NCBI GenBank assembly: GCA_934133165.1
Contig: CAKPAW010000001.1
Span: 98,756-162,755, forward strand
DNA from: an uncultured Clostridia bacterium
GTDB taxonomy: Bacteria > Bacillota > Clostridia > TANB77 > CAG-508
Direction: 5' to 3'
Length of the DNA stretch: 64,000 bases
A model generated the notes under the pieces. That model searched no databases, was not told where the DNA came from, and worked only from the letters and a program-made list of their open reading frames with translations. The translations under genes were made by a program, and so were the position numbers. This document shows, piece after piece, positions 30,379-40,674 of this stretch; position 1 is the first letter of the stretch; each line of letters starts with the position of its first letter.

Positions 30379-32514
30379 TTACTCTTCTTCTTTGTTGTCT
30401 TCTGAATTTGTTACTTCTAGGTCTTTCATATTTAAGTTTATTCTACCTTGATTGTCTATTTCAGATACCTTAACTGTAACTTCATCTCCAACTGAAAGAA
30501 CATCTTCTACTTTTTCTACTCTTTTATTTGAGATTTTAGAGATATGAAGTAATCCTTCTTTTCCTCCACCTAAATCTACAAATGCTCCAAATGTAGCTAT
30601 TCTTGTTACTTTTCCGTCATATATTTTTCCAGCTTCTATTTCTCTTGTTATTTCTTCTATCATTTTCTTAGCTTTTGGTCCATCTTGTCCTTCTGCACTA
30701 TAAATACAAACTGTTCCATCTTCTTCTATGTCAATTTTAACTCCATTTGCTTCTTCTATTATTTTATTTATCATTTTTCCACCAGGTCCGATAACATCTT
30801 TAATTTTATCTACTGGTATTGTCATTGTAATAATTTTAGGTGCATATTTTGATATTTCTTTTCTAGGTTCTGCAATTACTGGTAACATAATGTTATCTAA
30901 TATATAATCTCTTGCAACTTTTGTTCTTGCAAAAGCTTCTGCAATTATATCATATGTTAAACCATCACATTTAATATCTACTTGAATTGCTGTAATACCT
31001 TCTTTTGTTCCACCAACTTTAAAGTCCATGTCTCCAAAGAAGTCTTCTATTCCTTGAATATCTGTAAGCATTACATATTCATTTGGATTTTCTTTGCTTG
31101 TAACTAAACCTGTTGAAATACCTGCAACTGGTCTTTTAATTGGAACACCAGCATCCATTAATGCTAAAGTGCTTCCACAAATACTTGCTTGTGATGTTGA
31201 ACCATTTGAAGATAAAATTTCAGATACAACACGAATTGCATATGGAAATTCTTCTTCTGATGGAATTACTGGAACTAATGCTTTTTCTGCTAAAGCTCCA
31301 TGTCCTATTTCTCTTCTTCCAGGTCCACGAGAAGGTCTTGCTTCTCCTACTGAATAAGATGGGAAGTTGTATTGGTGCATATATCTTTTTCCTGTTTCTT
31401 CATCTACACCATCTAGCATTTGTTCTTCACTCTTCATTCCTAGAGTTACAATAGTCATAGCTTGTGTTTGACCTCTAGTAAATATTGCACTACCATGTAC
31501 TCTTGGAAGTAAACCTACTTCACATGAAAGTGGTCTTAACTCATCTATTTTTCTTCCATCTGGACGTTTATGTTCATTGAAAATCATTTCTCTAACACAT
31601 TCTTTTTCTAGGTCATGAACTGTATCTGCAATGTCTTGTTTTCTTTCTTCTCCTGCTTCTTCCCCATATTTTTCTACTACATAATTTGTAATATCTTCTG
31701 TTATTTTATCTATGTTAGCGTCTCTAGTTTCTTTGTCTGGAGCTTGTACATCTTGGTACATTCTGTCTTTGAAAGCTCCTCTTAATTCTTCATAGAAACT
31801 TTCTTCTACACCAAAGTGTTTGTATTCAAATTTTTCTTTTCCACAATCTTTTTGAATTTCAGAAATAAATTCACAGATTTTTTTAATTTCTACATGAGCT
31901 GCTTTTATAGCATCTAACATTGTATCGTTTGGTATTTCGTCTGCTCCTGCTTCAATCATTGTTATTTTTTCTTGTGTTGCAGCTACTGTTAATGTTAATC
32001 TTGATTTTTCCCTTTGAGCTACTGTTGGGTTTATAACAATTTGTCCATCTACATAACCTACATTTACTGCTGCTGTTGGTCCTCCAAATGGAATATCTGA
32101 AATTGCCAAAGCTGCTGCAGAACCTATCATAGCACATACTTCTGGGCTATTATCTTGTTCTACTGAAAGAACTGTTGCAACAACACATACATCATTTCTG
32201 AAATCCTTTGGGAATAATGGACGAAGTGGTCTATCTATTGCTCTTGATGTTAATATTGCTTTGTCTGTTGGTTTTCCTTCTCTTTTTGTAAAGCTTCCTG
32301 GAATTTTTCCTACAGCATATAATTTTTCTTCATAATCTACTGATAATGGGAAAAAGTCAATTCCATCTTTTGGTTCTTTTGCAGCTGTAACATTTACCAT
32401 TACAACTGTGTCTCCGTAGCGAACCATAACACTACCATTTGCAAGTTCTGCTATTTTACCTGTTTCTATTGTTAGCTTTCTTCCTGCAAGTTCTGTTGAA
32501 TAAGTTTTAAACAT
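30379..32514 (-). CDS. pnp: Polynucleotide phosphorylase
   Basis: Full-length match to PNPase: two RNase PH domains, KH and S1. Confidence 0.95.
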   Translation of the reverse strand: MFKTYSTELAGRKLTIETGKIAELANGSVMVRYGDTVVMVNVTAAKEPKDGIDFFPLSVDYEEKLYAVGKIPGSFTKREGKPTDKAILTSRAIDRPLRPLFPKDFRNDVCVVATVLSVEQDNSPEVCAMIGSAAALAISDIPFGGPTAAVNVGYVDGQIVINPTVAQREKSRLTLTVAATQEKITMIEAGADEIPNDTMLDAIKAAHVEIKKICEFISEIQKDCGKEKFEYKHFGVEESFYEELRGAFKDRMYQDVQAPDKETRDANIDKITEDITNYVVEKYGEEAGEERKQDIADTVHDLEKECVREMIFNEHKRPDGRKIDELRPLSCEVGLLPRVHGSAIFTRGQTQAMTIVTLGMKSEEQMLDGVDEETGKRYMHQYNFPSYSVGEARPSRGPGRREIGHGALAEKALVPVIPSEEEFPYAIRVVSEILSSNGSTSQASICGSTLALMDAGVPIKRPVAGISTGLVTSKENPNEYVMLTDIQGIEDFFGDMDFKVGGTKEGITAIQVDIKCDGLTYDIIAEAFARTKVARDYILDNIMLPVIAEPRKEISKYAPKIITMTIPVDKIKDVIGPGGKMINKIIEEANGVKIDIEEDGTVCIYSAEGQDGPKAKKMIEEITREIEAGKIYDGKVTRIATFGAFVDLGGGKEGLLHISKISNKRVEKVEDVLSVGDEVTVKVSEIDNQGRINLNMKDLEVTNSEDNKEEE

Positions 32515-32849
32515 AAATATTTCTCCTTTTCTTCCCCAAAAGTTCCAGGTACTTTTGAGGTAAACCTTTATTTCGTTTATTTTTATATATTTATATATTT
32601 TTTAACAATACTTTTCTTAGCTGTAACCTCTACAATGTACTATTTTTATAGTATATTGTACAAGCTACATTCTAATTTCAAGTATTATTATAAAATAAAA
32701 ATATTTTATAAAATTATAATTTATTATAATACCACTTATTAAATTATAATTCTAATCCATTACCCCATAAGTACCTGGTCTTTTTGGGGTAAAAATAATT
32801 TTAAAATGGACGTTTCACTTTTATTTAGCAAAACGTCCTTTTTGATTAA

Positions 32850-33113
32850 TTATTTTCTTAATCCTAATTTTTCAACGATATCTCTGTATCTTTGAACATC
32901 TTTATCACTTAAATATTTAAGTAAGCTACGTCTTGCACCTACCATTTTTAAAAGACCTCTTCTTGAGTGATTGTCTTTTTTGTGTACTTTTAAGTGTTCT
33001 GTTAATTCATTAATTCTTTCTGTTAAAAGAGCTATTTGAACTTCTGGAGAACCAGTATCTTTTTCATCTCTTTTATAAGTATTAATTATTTCTTGTTTTC
33101 TTTCTTTTGTCAT
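32850..33113 (-). CDS. rpsO: 30S ribosomal protein S15
   Basis: [42 protein letters not shown] at 33113 with an AGGAGG RBS; the track start is GTG. Confidence 0.9.
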   Translation of the reverse strand: MTKERKQEIINTYKRDEKDTGSPEVQIALLTERINELTEHLKVHKKDNHSRRGLLKMVGARRSLLKYLSDKDVQRYRDIVEKLGLRK

Positions 33114-33261
33114 TTTAGATTGCACCTCCTATTTTTTTCTTATTTGCCTTAAACTGAGTTTAAGCAGGTTTTTCCTAAAACTAAGTATAAGGTATTTGTC
33201 TTTGACTTAACTATAATACCATGTTTTTCTAATAAATGCAATAGCAAAATGTAAAAAACAT

Positions 33262-33308
33262 TAGGGACGGTCCTTTTTGTTCCGAAATCGGAACAGGAGG
33301 GACACTCC
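33262..33308 (+). repeat. 47-nt conserved intergenic element, copy 1 (TAGGGACGGTCCTTTTTGTTCCGAAATCGGAACAGGAGGGAC)
   Basis: About 85% identical to the reverse complement of 60041-60086. Contains the internal palindrome GTTCCGAAATCGGAAC and a direct GGGACGG/GGGAC repeat. Confidence 0.6.
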
Positions 33309-33370
33309 TTAATATTACCAAAACAAATAAAAATGAGATAGATTTTTTTAATTTCTATCTCATTTTTATT

Positions 33371-33676
33371 TTACTCACAATACTTGTCTAATATTGCCCA
33401 AATAATTTTGTGGTATCTTCTAATTTCTATAATCTTAGAGCCATCGTCACATTCGCAAGTTATGAAAGGTATATCCTTCTGGCTGTTTCTATCTTTATCT
33501 ATTGTTATAGAAATAAGATTTGGTATTACTTTAACCAATTTAGAAGAAATTTCATTATCATCTGAAAAAGATTTTTTTATGCTTTTCATCAACTCATAAA
33601 ACTCTTTCCGATCTATTTCTTTTATGTACTCTTTTCCATTTTGTTTCCAAATAAAAATAATTTCCTCTTTTTTCAT
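33371..33676 (-). CDS. Hypothetical small protein
   Basis: ATG at 33676 (MKKEEIIF) with a GGAGG RBS. No recognisable family. Confidence 0.4.
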   Translation of the reverse strand: MKKEEIIFIWKQNGKEYIKEIDRKEFYELMKSIKKSFSDDNEISSKLVKVIPNLISITIDKDRNSQKDIPFITCECDDGSKIIEIRRYHKIIWAILDKYCE

Positions 33677-33874
33677 TATATTTACCTCCTTTAATTGTTT
33701 GTTTTTTAGATAAACTTTGGAGATAAATATATGTCTCCGATATTTATCTAAAGACATATTTGTACTTTAAATTATTTTCATATTATAGCATGCTTTCTTT
33801 ATTTTATCAATAGTTAACAATATAATAGACGCTTTTACTAATATATAAGAATAAAAGCGTCTATATTTAATATA

Positions 33875-35014
33875 TTATAATATTTCACTTGTCATTGTGT
33901 TTAAAGTAGTTTTGCTACTCTGATTATTATCTTTTTGTTCATTCGTCTTAGTAACATTTGTATTAGTATTACTTGATTTTGTATTTGTAGTATTATTTAC
34001 TACAGAATTTTCTGTCACATTTTGCTTTATACTATTATCTATCGTATTAGTAGTAATATTACCTTTATTATCTCCTGTAGTTTCATTTGTAATATTGTTT
34101 GAAACTTCATTTTCTATAACATTACTTACAACATTAGTATTTGTCGTCTCATTTTTACTAGTATTATTTTTAGTATTTTCATTATCATTGTTTTCTTTTT
34201 TATTATCTTCATTTTTATATGTATGCCATGGATTTGATGAATCTGGATCTGTAGGATCCCAGTTTCTTAAATAATCTGGATAAGATGATATTTTTCTAGC
34301 ACTTGGTTTTCCTAGTGGTCCAGGATTTGAACTGCTATAAAATTCAACTTTTGTTCCTCTTGCACAATTATAGAAAATCCACTTTGCGTCTGCTACAGTT
34401 AAACGAATACAACCTGCTGAAGCATAAGTTCCTAATTTATCATATTCCCAATATTCTAGACTAGACTTATCTCCTCTTGTCAAATATGGAACTGAATGAA
34501 ATAATATATTTCCTTTAATTTGCGTACTATAATGTCCATATACATCTCCTTGAAGTCCTAGCCACTCCCATCTTGCTGGTATTGAATATACTCCAGAAGT
34601 TGGTGTAGCTACTCCTGTAGAACATACCATTGCTTTATATGGGACTGTATATTCTCCATTTTCATCTTGAGTATATATTGTAACTACTTGTGCTCCATAA
34701 TTTACCTTTATATAGTAAGGTAATGAACTATTTGTATTATTATTTTTGTTATTTGTTTTATCAATATCTTTGCTATCTTCTTTTTCAGTTTCATCTGTTT
34801 CTTTTTCTAATTCCTCTATACTCGCAAATTCTTCTACCTCTTCATTTACATTAATTAATATTTCTTCATTATTAAATTTTTCTTTTGCTTTAGAATTAGT
34901 TTCTTTCGTTTTATTTTTTATACATATTCCTATTATAGTTACTATTATTATAGCAATTATACCAATGCTTAATAATATTAAATTTTTTAAATCTTTTATT
35001 TTTCCTACATTCAT
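33875..35014 (-). CDS. L,D-transpeptidase (YkuD domain) with N-terminal membrane anchor and long Asn/Thr-rich C-terminal tail
   Basis: Catalytic HSVPYL...SAGCIRL motif. AGGGGAAT RBS. Confidence 0.75.
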   Translation of the reverse strand: MNVGKIKDLKNLILLSIGIIAIIIVTIIGICIKNKTKETNSKAKEKFNNEEILINVNEEVEEFASIEELEKETDETEKEDSKDIDKTNNKNNNTNSSLPYYIKVNYGAQVVTIYTQDENGEYTVPYKAMVCSTGVATPTSGVYSIPARWEWLGLQGDVYGHYSTQIKGNILFHSVPYLTRGDKSSLEYWEYDKLGTYASAGCIRLTVADAKWIFYNCARGTKVEFYSSSNPGPLGKPSARKISSYPDYLRNWDPTDPDSSNPWHTYKNEDNKKENNDNENTKNNTSKNETTNTNVVSNVIENEVSNNITNETTGDNKGNITTNTIDNSIKQNVTENSVVNNTTNTKSSNTNTNVTKTNEQKDNNQSSKTTLNTMTSEIL

Positions 35015-35172
35015 TTTAATATTCCCCTTAATTCTTATATCTTTTTTAATTTTATCACATATATTTTTTTATATCAATACCATTTACATAGTATTTTGAA
35101 ATTTACTTTTCTTAGTATTTTCAATGGTTTCAAAGTTTTTTTAATTTTTTTATATTTTTTTCAAAATAAGTA

Positions 35173-35201
35173 TTGACATTTATTTTAAAATCTTGTATAC
35201 T
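35173..35201 (+). promoter_or_regulatory. Sigma-A promoter of the tRNA-Val/Asp/Phe operon
   Basis: TTGACA (35173-35178), 17 nt, TATACT (35196-35201), about 20 nt upstream of tRNA-Val. Confidence 0.6.
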
Positions 35202-35222
35202 TAATCTCGTCGAAAGAAACAA

Positions 35223-35298
35223 GGTCGCTTAGCTCAGCTGGGAGAGCATCTGCCTTACAAGCAGGGGGTCATAGGTTCGAGCCCTATAGCGACCACCA
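35223..35298 (+). tRNA. tRNA-Val (anticodon TAC)
   Basis: Cloverleaf with acceptor GGTCGCT/AGCGACC, anticodon loop CTTACAA, GGTTCGAGCC T-arm and encoded CCA. Confidence 0.9.
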
Positions 35299-35317
35299 TT
35301 TTTTTTATTTAAAATTT

Positions 35318-35394
35318 GGCCTGGTAGTTCAGTTGGTTAGAACGCTAGCCTGTCACGCTAGAGGTCGACGGTTCGAGCCCGTTCCAGGTCGCCA
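35318..35394 (+). tRNA. tRNA-Asp (anticodon GTC)
   Basis: Anticodon loop CTGTCAC, T-arm GGTTCGAGCCC, encoded CCA. Confidence 0.9.
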
Positions 35395-35403
35395 TTTTTT
35401 TAT

Positions 35404-35479
35404 GCTTCGATAGCTCAGTTGGTAGAGCAAGGGACTGAAAATCCCTGTGTCAGTGGTTCGATTCCACTTCGAAGCACCA
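35404..35479 (+). tRNA. tRNA-Phe (anticodon GAA)
   Basis: Anticodon loop CTGAAAA, T-arm GGTTCGATTCC, encoded CCA. Confidence 0.9.
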
Positions 35480-35484
35480 ATAAA

Positions 35485-35522
35485 AAACAGCTATTTCAAT
35501 AGATTTAGCTGTTTTTATTTTT
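35485..35522 (+). terminator. Rho-independent terminator after the tRNA operon
   Basis: ACAGCT...AGCTGT stem followed by a T-run. Confidence 0.6.
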
Positions 35523-35710
35523 TATTCATTTTGTCTATTTTATCTTATTTTTTCTATCTAAAAAGTTGCCTATTTTATTTGCTATTTCTAATTATATAGT
35601 AAACAACGTTTTATAAACGCTTATCTAATGTTAAAATTTCATAAAACACTTCAGTATTTCTTACATTTTACATAAATAATCAAATTTTATAAGATTTTTT
35701 TCCTATTTTC

Positions 35711-35739
35711 TTGACTTTTGTTATTATTTGTATTAGAAT
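35711..35739 (+). promoter_or_regulatory. Candidate sigma-A promoter of rplM-rpsI (upstream of a roughly 115-nt leader)
   Basis: TTGACT, 17 nt, TAGAAT. Confidence 0.45.
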
Positions 35740-35855
35740 AATATAGCGTAATTATGAAATGTTACCTTTTATATATAAACTTCTCCCCGGTAGTTTAAGT
35801 ATAAAGTGGTTTCATATAAATAATATTATATAATGAATGGAGGGTATTTATTACC

Positions 35856-36293
35856 ATGAACAATACAACACACAGTGTAAAAAAGAATGAAATTGAAAGA
35901 AAATGGTATGTTTTAGATGCTGCTAACAAACCTTTAGGTAGAGTTGCAACTGAAGCTGCTAGATTATTAAGAGGAAAACACAAACCAACTTATACACCAA
36001 ATATGGATGTTGGAGATCACGTAATTATTATTAATTGTAAAGATGCTGTTTTAACAGGAAGAAAATTAGATCAAAAAGTTTACAGACATCATTCAGGATA
36101 TATTGGTGGAATGAAAGAAACATCTGCAAGAGTTATGATGGAAAACAAACCAGAACAAGCTATGATGCTTGCTGTAAAAGGAATGCTTCCACACAATAGT
36201 CTAGGAAGACAAATGGTAAAAAAATTAAGAGTATATGCTGGTAGCGAACATGAAAACATCGCTCAAAAACCAGAAGTTTGGGAGGTAAAATAA
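35856..36293 (+). CDS. rplM: 50S ribosomal protein L13
   Basis: [52 protein letters not shown]. Confidence 0.95.
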   Translation: MNNTTHSVKKNEIERKWYVLDAANKPLGRVATEAARLLRGKHKPTYTPNMDVGDHVIIINCKDAVLTGRKLDQKVYRHHSGYIGGMKETSARVMMENKPEQAMMLAVKGMLPHNSLGRQMVKKLRVYAGSEHENIAQKPEVWEVK

Positions 36294-36294
36294 T

Positions 36295-36702
36295 ATGGCT
36301 AAAGCAAAATCAGTTAAATCAGTTTTCTATGGTACTGGTAGAAGAAAAAAATCTATTGCTAGAGTAAGACTTGTAGAAGGTACTGGAGTTATTACAATAA
36401 ACGGAAAAAGTATAGATGAATACTTTGGAACAGAAGTTTTAAAAACTATAGTAAGACAACCATTATCTGCAACAGAAACAACAGCTAAATATGATGTTAT
36501 TGCAAAAGTTCAAGGTGGAGGATTTACAGGTCAAGCTGGAGCTATCCGTCATGGTATCGCAAGAGCATTAAATGAAGCAAATAGTGAATTTAGACCAACA
36601 TTAAAATCTAATGGATACTTAACAAGAGATCCACGTATGAAAGAAAGAAAAAAATACGGTCTTAAAAAAGCTAGAAAAGCTCCACAATTTAGTAAAAGAT
36701 AA
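36295..36702 (+). CDS. rpsI: 30S ribosomal protein S9
   Basis: [15 protein letters not shown] ... C-terminal [17 protein letters not shown]. Confidence 0.95.
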   Translation: MAKAKSVKSVFYGTGRRKKSIARVRLVEGTGVITINGKSIDEYFGTEVLKTIVRQPLSATETTAKYDVIAKVQGGGFTGQAGAIRHGIARALNEANSEFRPTLKSNGYLTRDPRMKERKKYGLKKARKAPQFSKR

Positions 36703-36709
36703 AAAATAC

Positions 36710-36743
36710 AAACTCGGAATTATTTATATTCCGAGTTTTTTGT
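36710..36743. terminator. Bidirectional terminator after rpsI
   Basis: CTCGGAAT/ATTCCGAG stem followed by a T6 run. Confidence 0.65.
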
Positions 36744-37732
36744 TATTTTATATTTTCTAATTCTTCATATTTATTATGACTTTTCTCTATCTCATTTTTT
36801 GTGATGATATTTTCCTTGTAGCTTTTTTCTATCATTTCCTGTTTTTGCATTAATGGTGTCTTTGTATTAATTCCAAATTCTTCAAAATCTTCCATATCAT
36901 AATCTATTTCTCCATGTAACTTTGGATTGTTAATGTTATTTATATATTGTTTTCCATCAATTCCTGTTGTTAGTTCTTTTTTATTTGGAACTTTTGTAGG
37001 ATTTTTTCTTTCTTTTTCTTCTAATATAAATGAATCTCCATATAATTTTGCTCTTTCTCCTGTCAATTCTATATAACCTTTTGATAAAATTTCTTCTGCT
37101 AATTCTCTTCCTCCTTGCATTTTTAAAAGCCAATATCCTGCCATTGGTGCTACTTTATTACCAAATTCTTTATCTTTTATGAATTCACCGCGTGAATTTG
37201 TTATTTCCTCTCTTAAAAAGAATTGTCTGAATGTTGTATCTACTAAATACATTTTATCTTCAACTTTTTCTGAAGTTTTAATAGGAATATTGACTGTTAT
37301 AAAAGCATGTCTCCCTGTATCTTCTCCTATTGTTGGATTTACATTACATACATTTGGATTTAATCCCATATTTCTTAATGTTTGTGCTGTAATTGCTTGA
37401 CCAAATCCACAGCAACCTAATAAACTTTCTTCTTGTAAATTTTTGTCTTTAGCTAGTTCATTTCTTGCATTTTGTACAGTCCATTTTAAAATTTCTTCTG
37501 CCTCTTGCTCTGTTATTCCTTGATTTTTATTTTCTTTATTACCTTCTAATACTTTCTTTAGTTTTCCTTCTGTATTAGCCAATTTCATTAATCTTAATTC
37601 TGAATACTCTTCCATATTTGGCTTTGTATCTATTATAAACCTCTTTCCTTCTTTGTATCCTAATATATTTCTTATTTTTTGTTTTAATTTATCATATATA
37701 GTTACTTTCTTTGGTAAATTCACATTTTTCAT
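36743..37732 (-). CDS. Hypothetical protein with a candidate papain-like Cys/His core (GCCGFGQ ... GRHAFITVN ... D)
   Basis: Hydrophilic, K/E-rich ends. The central LLGCCGFGQAITAQTLRNMGL...DTGRHAFITVNI...YLVDTTF is arranged like a Cys-His-Asp peptidase/transglutaminase-like fold. No confident family assignment. Confidence 0.4.
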   Translation of the reverse strand: MKNVNLPKKVTIYDKLKQKIRNILGYKEGKRFIIDTKPNMEEYSELRLMKLANTEGKLKKVLEGNKENKNQGITEQEAEEILKWTVQNARNELAKDKNLQEESLLGCCGFGQAITAQTLRNMGLNPNVCNVNPTIGEDTGRHAFITVNIPIKTSEKVEDKMYLVDTTFRQFFLREEITNSRGEFIKDKEFGNKVAPMAGYWLLKMQGGRELAEEILSKGYIELTGERAKLYGDSFILEEKERKNPTKVPNKKELTTGIDGKQYINNINNPKLHGEIDYDMEDFEEFGINTKTPLMQKQEMIEKSYKENIITKNEIEKSHNKYEELENIK

Positions 37733-37854
37733 ATTTTCACTCTTCGTTTATTATATTTGTCTATATTAAGTGTAATACATTTTATAAAAAAACACAATAT
37801 AAAAAAGCATAGAAATCAATTTTTGATTGTCTACACTTTTCTATTATTAAATAT

Positions 37855-38562
37855 TTATTTTATAGTTTCTAACAAATTATTTGTTGTAACTCCATCAAAG
37901 TTATAATAAGTATTTGGTGTCGTTCCCAATATTACCGCTTCTGCTAATAATATTTGATTTGATATTTTTTCTTCCATTGTGTTAAATGGAGTTAATATAA
38001 TCACATTGCAATCTACTTGCAAATACATTTTGTGTAATGTCTGATTAATTCCCGCTGATGAAAATTCTGATCTTAAGTCTGTGTCCAAATTTCCTATTGT
38101 TGACATTTTAATATTTACATTTGGTCCTTTCCCTGAAAGTAATCTACTTCCTGTAAAACTACCTAATCTAATTGAAAAGTTGCTATTATCTGCTTTATTA
38201 AATTCTTCTTGTATTTTTATTGCTACGTCTGAAATTATTTCGTTTATAGGAATTACATTTGCTTTTATCATAGTTATATTTCCATTGTTGTCTTTTGATA
38301 TTGTACATAAATCCTCATATTTATACTTGCTCATTACTATAGTTGCTTGTTCATTTGAAATTTTTGTAGATATACTTTTTGCCATATTAATACATTGCTT
38401 ATCTACGATTGGCCTAACTGCATATATAATTCCATTTGCTGTTACTATTGCTATACACATAATAAAGACTATTTTAGTTATTTTTATTAATTTTTCATTA
38501 TTCTTATTTTTGTTAAAACTTTTAGGCAAGTTTATTCGTTTTCTAGAATATATCTTATCCAT
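37855..38562 (-). CDS. Sporulation protein YunB-like
   Basis: N-terminal TM anchor, approximately 235 aa, YunB-like core. Lies in a sporulation gene block. Confidence 0.45.
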   Translation of the reverse strand: MDKIYSRKRINLPKSFNKNKNNEKLIKITKIVFIMCIAIVTANGIIYAVRPIVDKQCINMAKSISTKISNEQATIVMSKYKYEDLCTISKDNNGNITMIKANVIPINEIISDVAIKIQEEFNKADNSNFSIRLGSFTGSRLLSGKGPNVNIKMSTIGNLDTDLRSEFSSAGINQTLHKMYLQVDCNVIILTPFNTMEEKISNQILLAEAVILGTTPNTYYNFDGVTTNNLLETIK

Positions 38563-38577
38563 GATATTTCCTTTAAT

Positions 38578-40107
38578 TTAAATTGCTATTGGAATAAATA
38601 ATTGCTCTCCAATATTTATTTTGTTCTCGTCCTCTATTCCATTTATATTAGCTATGTTTGAAACTGTACTATGAAATTTCTTTGCTATATTCCATAATGT
38701 ATCTCCTGGCTTTACAAAATATATTATTAAACTATATCTTTCTGTGTTTCTTGCTTCATCTACGTTTATTTCTTGTATTACATTTATATCTCTATGGTTA
38801 GACAAATTTATAGTAAAGCCTAAATCTATTTTCATATCTATACTTTCATCTGGCATTACAATAAAGTCTTGTAGTTCTACTTCTACACTAGTTTCAATTT
38901 GTGATGTAGCTGTTACTCCCATGCAATCCATATTAAAGTTAAATGGTAGCACTAGATTTTTTGTTCCCATTCTGCTACTATTATCTGCATCAAATAAAAA
39001 GTTTAGTTCTACTTCTCCCTCAAACATTATTCTATTATTCATTATTGTTTGATTCGTAATTGTTGGCTTTACATCTACATCATATATTTTTCTGTTTTCT
39101 ATTTCTGCTATAAATTGTTTTTCTCTTATATTGCAAGTATCTTTTAAAATTTCTTTTTGAGAAATTGCTCTTATTTGTTTTTGCTTATATGTCAAGTCTA
39201 CACTTGGACTATATAAATCTTCTATTATATTTACTTGTCTTGTTTGATATACCATGCAATTTATCTCTAATTCTGCTTCTACATATATCGAATGTTCTTC
39301 TATATTATTTGGTTTTATTACTAGATTTCTTATTTGATATTTCACATCACATAAATTTTCGTCTGTTACATCTGGCATATCTATAAATCCCATTACAGGT
39401 ATTAGATTGCAAGTAGAACATATTCTATTATCTTCTGTTCTATATAATATTTTTACACATGCATCTGCCTTTACCAGTACTTTGTTATAACTTATTTTTG
39501 TCTCTCTATTAATTATATTAATATTTACCTTCATAATTTCTGCTAAATTATCTGCAGAATCTATTACTAAAGTATCTTTAGCATAGACTTTTGTAACGCC
39601 TGTTCCTAATAATGAATTTAGTTTCAAATTATTCTCTAAAAGTTGAATATCTTTAATATCATTCATTTCTTTTACAAATTCTACATCTTCATTTGAATCA
39701 ATTTTTAGTTCAATATCTATTATTGCTTTTACATTTACTTTTCTTCCGTTTATAACTCTACATTCTATAGCTTTTAAGTCTACATTGTCGTCTAACAACA
39801 TACCTGTTTTTACTACATCAAAATCTATAGTTTGTGAAAATTCTAAAGTTGTGTTTAAACTTCTTACACTTGATTCTTCATCATCTGCTAAATACATAAT
39901 ATATGCATTTATACAGCCATCTAGTCTAACCTTTCCATCCATCACTTCTTTTTTATAGATGCAAATTGTTCCATTTGTACTAATTGTATTTAATATATCT
40001 GGTTTTATATCAGGAACTACAAAATCCTCCTCTACCATGGCTGTATCTGTTTTTTGTCCTATTATTTGATTAACACATAATGTCTCTTTACTTGCTGTGA
40101 CTTGCAT
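38578..40107 (-). CDS. SipL-like spore-coat morphogenetic protein (DUF3794/SPOCS repeats plus C-terminal LysM)
   Basis: C-terminal LysM (YFVKPGDTLWNIAKKFHSTVSNIANINGI). sipL-veg-yabG gene order as in C. difficile. ATG at 40107 with a GGAGG RBS. Confidence 0.55.
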   Translation of the reverse strand: MQVTASKETLCVNQIIGQKTDTAMVEEDFVVPDIKPDILNTISTNGTICIYKKEVMDGKVRLDGCINAYIMYLADDEESSVRSLNTTLEFSQTIDFDVVKTGMLLDDNVDLKAIECRVINGRKVNVKAIIDIELKIDSNEDVEFVKEMNDIKDIQLLENNLKLNSLLGTGVTKVYAKDTLVIDSADNLAEIMKVNINIINRETKISYNKVLVKADACVKILYRTEDNRICSTCNLIPVMGFIDMPDVTDENLCDVKYQIRNLVIKPNNIEEHSIYVEAELEINCMVYQTRQVNIIEDLYSPSVDLTYKQKQIRAISQKEILKDTCNIREKQFIAEIENRKIYDVDVKPTITNQTIMNNRIMFEGEVELNFLFDADNSSRMGTKNLVLPFNFNMDCMGVTATSQIETSVEVELQDFIVMPDESIDMKIDLGFTINLSNHRDINVIQEINVDEARNTERYSLIIYFVKPGDTLWNIAKKFHSTVSNIANINGIEDENKINIGEQLFIPIAI

Positions 40108-40227
40108 GACAATATACCTCCTTAATTTTTTTATTACTAATGTATATTGCTTGGGCACAAAAAAAATTCCTAAAAATTTAGGAATTTTTTATTATTTTAT
40201 ATTTTTTACTTTTGTTCTTCTTTTATG

Positions 40228-40518
40228 TTATGCTTTTACACTAACAACTGGTGGAATTAATGGTGAATAACTTTCTCCATCAAATACCTCTACTTCTACT
40301 GTTCTTGTTAAAACATCTGTATAACTATAGGTAACATTTCTTTCGTTTTCCTCGTATTTAACTACGAAAATGTTTGGATAAGCCTTTTCTATTGTAGCTT
40401 CTTTTTCGAATGTTTTACTTCTTCCTAAAGAACCTTTAACAATAATTTTTTGACCTACTTTATCTCCAATATCTGTTTTTAGACTTGCTATATCACTTTT
40501 ACAAATCATGTTCATCAC
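40228..40518 (-). CDS. veg: Veg (DUF1021) protein
   Basis: VTYSYTDVLTRTVEVEV matches B. subtilis Veg (VSYSYADILTETVEL). Confidence 0.8.
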   Translation of the reverse strand: MMNMICKSDIASLKTDIGDKVGQKIIVKGSLGRSKTFEKEATIEKAYPNIFVVKYEENERNVTYSYTDVLTRTVEVEVFDGESYSPLIPPVVSVKA

Positions 40519-40674
40519 CTACTTCTTTAAGATGAACTTATTCTATCATGAAAGGCGCAAAATGTCAAAAGCAAAAGCTTTATGTCGTTTCTTGTTTTTA
40601 GCCTATATCAAAGGTTTTGGAGTTTTATTACATTTGTATTACAATATAATTACTATTATATTACATTGATATTT

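Noticed and set aside
33281-33296. GTTCCGAAATCGGAAC palindrome inside the 47-nt repeat as a LexA (Cheo) box.
   Set aside because: The Gram-positive LexA box is GAAC-N4-GTTC. This element is GTTC-N8-GAAC, inverted with the wrong spacing.
35795-35983. 62-aa minus-strand ORF overlapping the rplM start.
   Set aside because: It overlaps the L13 start and leader, and rplM is far better supported.
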